DNA of 38,156 nucleotides from NCBI GenBank assembly GCA_045656065.1, contig JAZOQL010000013.1, positions 1 through 38,156 on the forward strand. The letters run 5' to 3'. Of this stretch, positions 34,409 through 38,156 are shown piece by piece; the first letter of the stretch is position 1; every line of letters starts with the position of its first letter. Below the pieces are notes generated by a model. That model was not told the DNA's origin. It saw nothing but the letters and a program-made list of their open reading frames with translations, and made no database searches. Both the position numbers and the translations under genes were made by a program. Source of the DNA: Rikenellaceae bacterium (GTDB taxonomy: Bacteria > Bacteroidota > Bacteroidia > Bacteroidales > Rikenellaceae).

Positions 34409-34460
34409 CGACAATTTTTCAAAGGTGTATTGTGTAATTCGGACAATTTTGCTACATTTG
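34404..34460 (+). promoter_or_regulatory. Third related promoter (-7 box TACATTTG at 34453..34460) with a tandem TT(T)CG(G)ACAATTTT pair
   Basis: AATTTCGACAATTTTT at 34404..34419 and AATTCGGACAATTTT at 34436..34450. The region aligns at 19 of 27 positions with the cassette promoters. Confidence 0.45.
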
Positions 34461-34464
34461 CAGT

Positions 34465-34773
34465 ATGGAACTACGTAACAAAGACATTGCGACCAGGCTG
34501 ATGAACGCCCAGGTGTCGCCTGAGGAACTGACCGAGTATCTGGTGAAGAACCACAGCGTCTATGAGATTGCCAACGAGCTTGCCGGGTATCTGATTGAGG
34601 ATGCGTTGTACGAGGCGAACAGGATTATACTTACCCAGGCTCAGGACCAGTTGGTCGAGAGGCTCTGGAACAAGCTGGTGAGACTCAAGAGGACGGACGT
34701 AGGTAGGAAAGCTAAGACCGAGAAGTACCTCAAGCAGAACCGGGGGATTGACGAGGGACTGTTCAAGGATTGA
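34465..34773 (+). CDS. Hypothetical helical protein next to attP/int (possible excision or regulatory factor)
   Basis: 102-aa ORF. Its ATG lies only 4 nt after the -7 box, so it is either leaderless or the true start is Met13 at 34501. The functional suggestion is positional only. Confidence 0.4.
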   Translation: MELRNKDIATRLMNAQVSPEELTEYLVKNHSVYEIANELAGYLIEDALYEANRIILTQAQDQLVERLWNKLVRLKRTDVGRKAKTEKYLKQNRGIDEGLFKD

Positions 34774-34844
34774 TGAACGTAGTTGTGACCTGACGACTAT
34801 TCAACACTATAATAAAAACCCGCAAGGGTATTCGTAGAAATAGC

Positions 34845-34895
34845 GCACTCTTAAAAAATGCCGGGTCCAGGGTTCGAGCCCCTGAGAGTGTACCA
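34845..34895 (+). other. tRNA 3'-end-like segment (T arm, acceptor 3' strand, ACCA): candidate attP core
   Basis: CAGGG-TTCGAGC-CCCTG, then AGAGTGT, A, CCA at 34868..34895. An upstream GCACTCT (34845..34851) can pair with AGAGTGT. Lies 33 nt upstream of the integrase ATG. Confidence 0.5.
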
Positions 34896-34928
34896 GACTA
34901 CGGAGCCCTTGCACAAAGCGAGGGCTTT

Positions 34929-36053
34929 ATGCGTACTACATTTTCCTTTTCCTTCTATTGCAGAAGGTCGAAAGCCGACCGGAACGGTCAGGCGCCAATC
35001 GAGCTTGGTATCACCATCAACGGTACCAGAAAATTCATCAACTGTGCTATGAAATGTAGCCCAGTGGAATTCGGCTACAAACGGAAGCCGAAACACATCC
35101 AGGACTACATCGACACCCAGCGGGTCATCGTTTCCAACCTTGTGACAGAAATGGCAAGACAGGGAATTCCGCTGACCGCCGAGAACCTGCGGGGTTACCT
35201 CCGTACCGGGGGTGTCGTATCGTACACCATCCGCAACCTGTTCGACGACTATTTCAAGCTGTTGGGCAAGCGGGCTGGTGTGGACCTCAGTGTCAGAGCC
35301 TACGACAAGTACAAGCTGGTTGAGAAACAGTTCTCGGAGCACATCGACTTCTCCAAGGAGGTCACCGCCATCACTCCGGCGGTCATCCAGGACTTCTATG
35401 CTACATTGAAGTCCAAGTACCAGGACTCTACCAGTTGCGGTATGATGACCAAACTTAAGACTGTGGTCAAGTATGCTATCGACAATGGGAAGTTGAAAGT
35501 GAACCCGTTCCAGGGTGTGAAGATTAAGAAGGGTATGAAGGAAATCAGGACCATTACGATGCAGCAGCTTCAGGCAATCATCAATCACCAGTTCGTACCG
35601 AGGGTGCAGAAGGTTGCTGATATGTTTATATTCTCCTGTGGGTCTGGTTTGTCTTTTGCTGACTGTATGGCTCTGAAACCTCAGGATTTCACTGTCAGGG
35701 AAGGGAGGATTTGTGTGTTCAAGGAACGTCAGAAGACCGGGGTCCGGTTCTACAGTGTGTTGATGCCCTGGGCGGTTGACATCTACCAGAAATACGCTGG
35801 CGACTTTGAAGGGCTCAAACTGAGCAACCAGAAGGCTAACAGCTATTTGAAAGAGGTGCAGGACATAGTTGGCATCGACCTACCGCTTCATTTCCACCTC
35901 GCCCGACATTTCTATGCAATGCACCTCTTGAACAAAAAAGTACCTATCACAACCGTAAGCAAAGCCATCGGTCATTCAACTCTCAGTATGACCACCCATT
36001 ATGCGAAGGCTCTGGAGAGTACAGTCATCAACGACATCGGGAACATCATCTGA
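34929..36053 (+). CDS. int: Tyrosine recombinase / phage integrase (Bacteroidota IntDOT-like architecture)
   Basis: N-terminus TFSFSFYCRRSKADRNGQAPIELGITINGTR is typical of the Bacteroidota integrase arm-binding domain. Catalytic region LHFHLARHFYAMHLL ... GHSTLSMTTHYAK carries the H-x-x-R, H and Y residues. Confidence 0.85.
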   Translation: MRTTFSFSFYCRRSKADRNGQAPIELGITINGTRKFINCAMKCSPVEFGYKRKPKHIQDYIDTQRVIVSNLVTEMARQGIPLTAENLRGYLRTGGVVSYTIRNLFDDYFKLLGKRAGVDLSVRAYDKYKLVEKQFSEHIDFSKEVTAITPAVIQDFYATLKSKYQDSTSCGMMTKLKTVVKYAIDNGKLKVNPFQGVKIKKGMKEIRTITMQQLQAIINHQFVPRVQKVADMFIFSCGSGLSFADCMALKPQDFTVREGRICVFKERQKTGVRFYSVLMPWAVDIYQKYAGDFEGLKLSNQKANSYLKEVQDIVGIDLPLHFHLARHFYAMHLLNKKVPITTVSKAIGHSTLSMTTHYAKALESTVINDIGNII

Positions 36054-36311
36054 CTCCTCTTCCTCGCCAAGGTAGAACGTACTCAGCGCAGCGACCATTT
36101 CCGCACTATACCCCCGGCGTATCGTAACGAACTCGTCGGGGGTTTCCTTACACTGGTAAAACCCCTCGCAACTCCACACACCGTTCCGGTAATCAATCTG
36201 AAAATGAAACGGATTCCTCTCGTTCAATACATTTGGTATTGAGGGGTTCTCTACTATCTCAATCTGACACTCGTCGATGAATGTATCGGCTACAACTTCA
36301 AATGCTGTCAT
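35976..36311 (-). CDS. Hypothetical protein, convergent with int and overlapping it by 78 nt
   Basis: 111-aa ORF with an ATG start; acidic C-terminal region. Confidence 0.4.
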   Translation of the reverse strand: MTAFEVVADTFIDECQIEIVENPSIPNVLNERNPFHFQIDYRNGVWSCEGFYQCKETPDEFVTIRRGYSAEMVAALSTFYLGEEEESDDVPDVVDDCTLQSLRIMGGHTES

Positions 36312-36552
36312 ACTTCAATTCTTTGCCGTCTGTTTTGACCGTAGGGCGACCTTTAGGCTTTATCTGGACTCCCGGTCCATTTTTGTCTTAAAGCCGCCCT
36401 ATGGGGCTTATTTTGGCTCGTTCTTACATTCGTTCATTTCCTTCTCGCTACTGACGAAGGTAACTGACCAGCCTGGTTCATTTTTTACGCAATGCATAAG
36501 GAAATTCGCAACGATGCATTCCTCGCAATGGAAGGCGTAGATGGTTTTCTTT

Positions 36553-37245
36553 TTATGGTTCACAAACATAATCTTCCGGGTTTAGGTATTTAATTTCGGT
36601 TCCGTCTTCGTTACGTTCAAGGATTGCCACAGCGTCCTTGAGGTTGTAGTATGCCCTCAGTTTATTGACGAGGCGCCCGTCATTCTCATAGGTGCTTGCG
36701 TACCCTGTTACAGGTTCTACCTTGAAGTAGCCGTTGAGCTTATGGAAGACGCAGTGTTTGTCGTCAGCGGTTATGGTCGCAACCAGAACTTCGTCATATA
36801 CGCCAGGCTTTTCGCATTTTGTGAAATCGACCTCGATTGGCTTGGTCTTGAAATATTCGAGGTCGTAAGGGTTCCCGTTCCGGTCGGCACCTTCCCTTCC
36901 CTTGAGTTCGATGTACTCGGTGTATTGTTCACCCTCGAAACCAGGCTCAACGCTTGTGAGCTTGTAGTCGTAGTCGGCATTGATGGGAAGTTGCTTTACG
37001 GTCCATCGAGCCTTATTATTGAGACCCTTGATATAGCTGTCAAGGAAAGGTTCAAAGCGTCGTCTTGATATAGCCTCTCCGACTGCGTATCCGTTGTTGC
37101 TGTTATTGAGGACCCTGATTACTCCGTACCTGTCGTAGTACCAGTAGGCTCCGTCCGTAGTCTTATCGACGAGCCCGTTCTTGAAGAGCCATTCGTAATG
37201 TTCGGTGAATGGCAATTTACCTAATTCTTCCAGTGTGTTTAGCAT
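36553..37245 (-). CDS. Hypothetical protein with a PD-(D/E)xK-like nuclease signature
   Basis: 230 aa. NADYDYKLTSVEPGFEGEQYTEYIELKGRE gives a D ... E-x-K arrangement. Weak, motif-level evidence only. Confidence 0.35.
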   Translation of the reverse strand: MLNTLEELGKLPFTEHYEWLFKNGLVDKTTDGAYWYYDRYGVIRVLNNSNNGYAVGEAISRRRFEPFLDSYIKGLNNKARWTVKQLPINADYDYKLTSVEPGFEGEQYTEYIELKGREGADRNGNPYDLEYFKTKPIEVDFTKCEKPGVYDEVLVATITADDKHCVFHKLNGYFKVEPVTGYASTYENDGRLVNKLRAYYNLKDAVAILERNEDGTEIKYLNPEDYVCEP

Positions 37246-37763
37246 ATATTCTTCTGTTTTTCTTCGTAAGCCTTATTGAAAATCTGGTCCGTAAGACCCA
37301 ACTGTTTCGCAGCCGAGTAGAATTCCAGGTAACAGTAGTTGTCGAACTCGTAGATTGTGACTGCGAGTGCATTGTTGTAGTTGAAGAGGAACGAGAAACC
37401 GAAGTCCTGACCGCCGAAGATGATAGCCAGGAGTTCCATAAAGGTAAACCCGTCAACAGGGACTCCCTCAACCGGGTCGTCGTACTCCGGTGCGATTTCG
37501 ATAAGCGGTGCCTCGTTACCCATCATAGGTGACTTGATGGTGCAGATTTCACTGCCGTCGAAAACCCAGTTGAACCATACCATACGGAAAAGGTATTCGA
37601 GTCTCCAACTGTTGGGTTCCTTGGTGCTGATGGTGATGTTGTCAAGCTGTTCCTCGGTCATACGTACCGGACCTTTTGCGTACTTGAGCCTCGGTTTGAT
37701 GGTTTTCTTGAGCCAGTCGAGTGCTTGCTGGCGTTCTTCGTCTGTGTATTTAACTGTCTTCAT
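37239..37763 (-). CDS. Hypothetical protein
   Basis: 174-aa ORF with an ATG start. Overlaps the downstream gene by 7 nt. Confidence 0.5.
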   Translation of the reverse strand: MKTVKYTDEERQQALDWLKKTIKPRLKYAKGPVRMTEEQLDNITISTKEPNSWRLEYLFRMVWFNWVFDGSEICTIKSPMMGNEAPLIEIAPEYDDPVEGVPVDGFTFMELLAIIFGGQDFGFSFLFNYNNALAVTIYEFDNYCYLEFYSAAKQLGLTDQIFNKAYEEKQKNIC

Positions 37764-37774
37764 AGGTTGAATAA

Positions 37775-38156
37775 TTATTGGTTTTCACTGAACAATTGAT
37801 AGAGCTTCACCTCGTTGAAAGTGTGGTACGAAGTGAGGTAGTCACCGTAAGGTCTGTTCTCCCAGGTAAGGCATTCCTCGGCTTTGAGCCATTTCCTGAG
37901 TTCCGAGAACTTCTCGCTTTCAATTCCGGTGCGGCTCAGTGCCATACTCTGGGTGTAAATCATTTCCGTCCTTGAGTAACCCTTGCGGTTCCACCATAGG
38001 TCGAGCATATCCTTGAGCGTCTTGATTTCCTGGGCGTCGAGCAAGGTGGTGTTCGTAATCAACGCAAGCAGTTCGTCCTTCTTGGAGTCGGGAATGGATG
38101 TGTCGTTGTCCGGCTTTCCGTCGAGGATGGGCTGAATGTGGTTGGAAAAATAGATG
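37775..38156 (-). CDS. Hypothetical protein, 3' part of the junction-spanning gene (180 aa in total)
   Basis: The frame is open from the right window edge (…IYFSNHIQPILDGKPDNDTSIPDSKKDELLALITNTT…) down to the stop at 37775. The track ORF (TTG at 38062) covers only the last 95 codons. Confidence 0.6.
   Translation of the reverse strand, partial: IYFSNHIQPILDGKPDNDTSIPDSKKDELLALITNTTLLDAQEIKTLKDMLDLWWNRKGYSRTEMIYTQSMALSRTGIESEKFSELRKWLKAEECLTWENRPYGDYLTSYHTFNEVKLYQLFSENQ
38146..38156. repeat. Terminal direct repeat AAAAATAGATG, copy 2
   Basis: Identical to 1..11. Confidence 0.9.

Larger units (their letters stand above)
1..38156. mobile_element. Complete temperate tailed-phage genome (siphovirus-like; circular or circularly permuted, 38,145 bp unique)
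   Basis: Terminase, portal, protease, scaffold, capsid, tape measure, fibres, lysis cassette, integrase and an attP-like site are all present. The 11-nt ends are identical and one ORF is continuous across the junction. No sheath gene was seen. Confidence 0.85.

Noticed and set aside
34851-35588. 245-aa minus-strand ORF
   Set aside because: It is antisense to the integrase gene, which has clear catalytic motifs. It would also run through the attP-like segment.
36277-36540. 87-aa plus-strand ORF in the int-distal intergenic region
   Set aside because: It spans the hairpins and CGCAA repeats and overlaps the start of the opposing gene. It is more likely structured non-coding DNA.

Overview
This 38,156-nt window appears to be a complete temperate tailed-phage genome, not a chromosomal segment. 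Its first and last 11 nt are identical (AAAAATAGATG), and a 180-codon minus-strand ORF reads in frame across that junction. This gives a circular or circularly permuted unit of 38,145 bp holding about 45 tightly packed genes. A roughly 32-kb minus-strand block runs in this order: an ECF-like sigma factor split into two ORFs, a DUF616-like glycosyltransferase, a membrane protein, an AT-hook protein, small and large terminase, a gene with a hidden -1 frame extension behind a T9 run, three large BACON/BspA-type-LRR proteins, tail-tip proteins, tape measure, XkdF-like prohead protease, scaffold, major capsid, a tube-like protein, portal, two tail fibres, a tRNA(CAU) island, and a holin / M15 endolysin / unimolecular-spanin lysis cassette. 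A short plus-strand block (32333..36053) carries small early genes behind near-identical duplicated promoter-leader cassettes, a tRNA-3'-end-like attP candidate and a Bacteroidota-type tyrosine integrase. An uncharacterised minus-strand cassette lies between the lysis genes and the integrase. BACON domains, the integrase type and TAnnTTTG-like -7 boxes suggest a Bacteroidales host; this is inference. I saw no CRISPR array, rRNA, transposase or reverse transcriptase, and no recognisable replication or repressor gene. Every functional call comes from reading the translated ORFs and recognising motifs by eye. No database search was run, so family assignments are hypotheses with stated tests.
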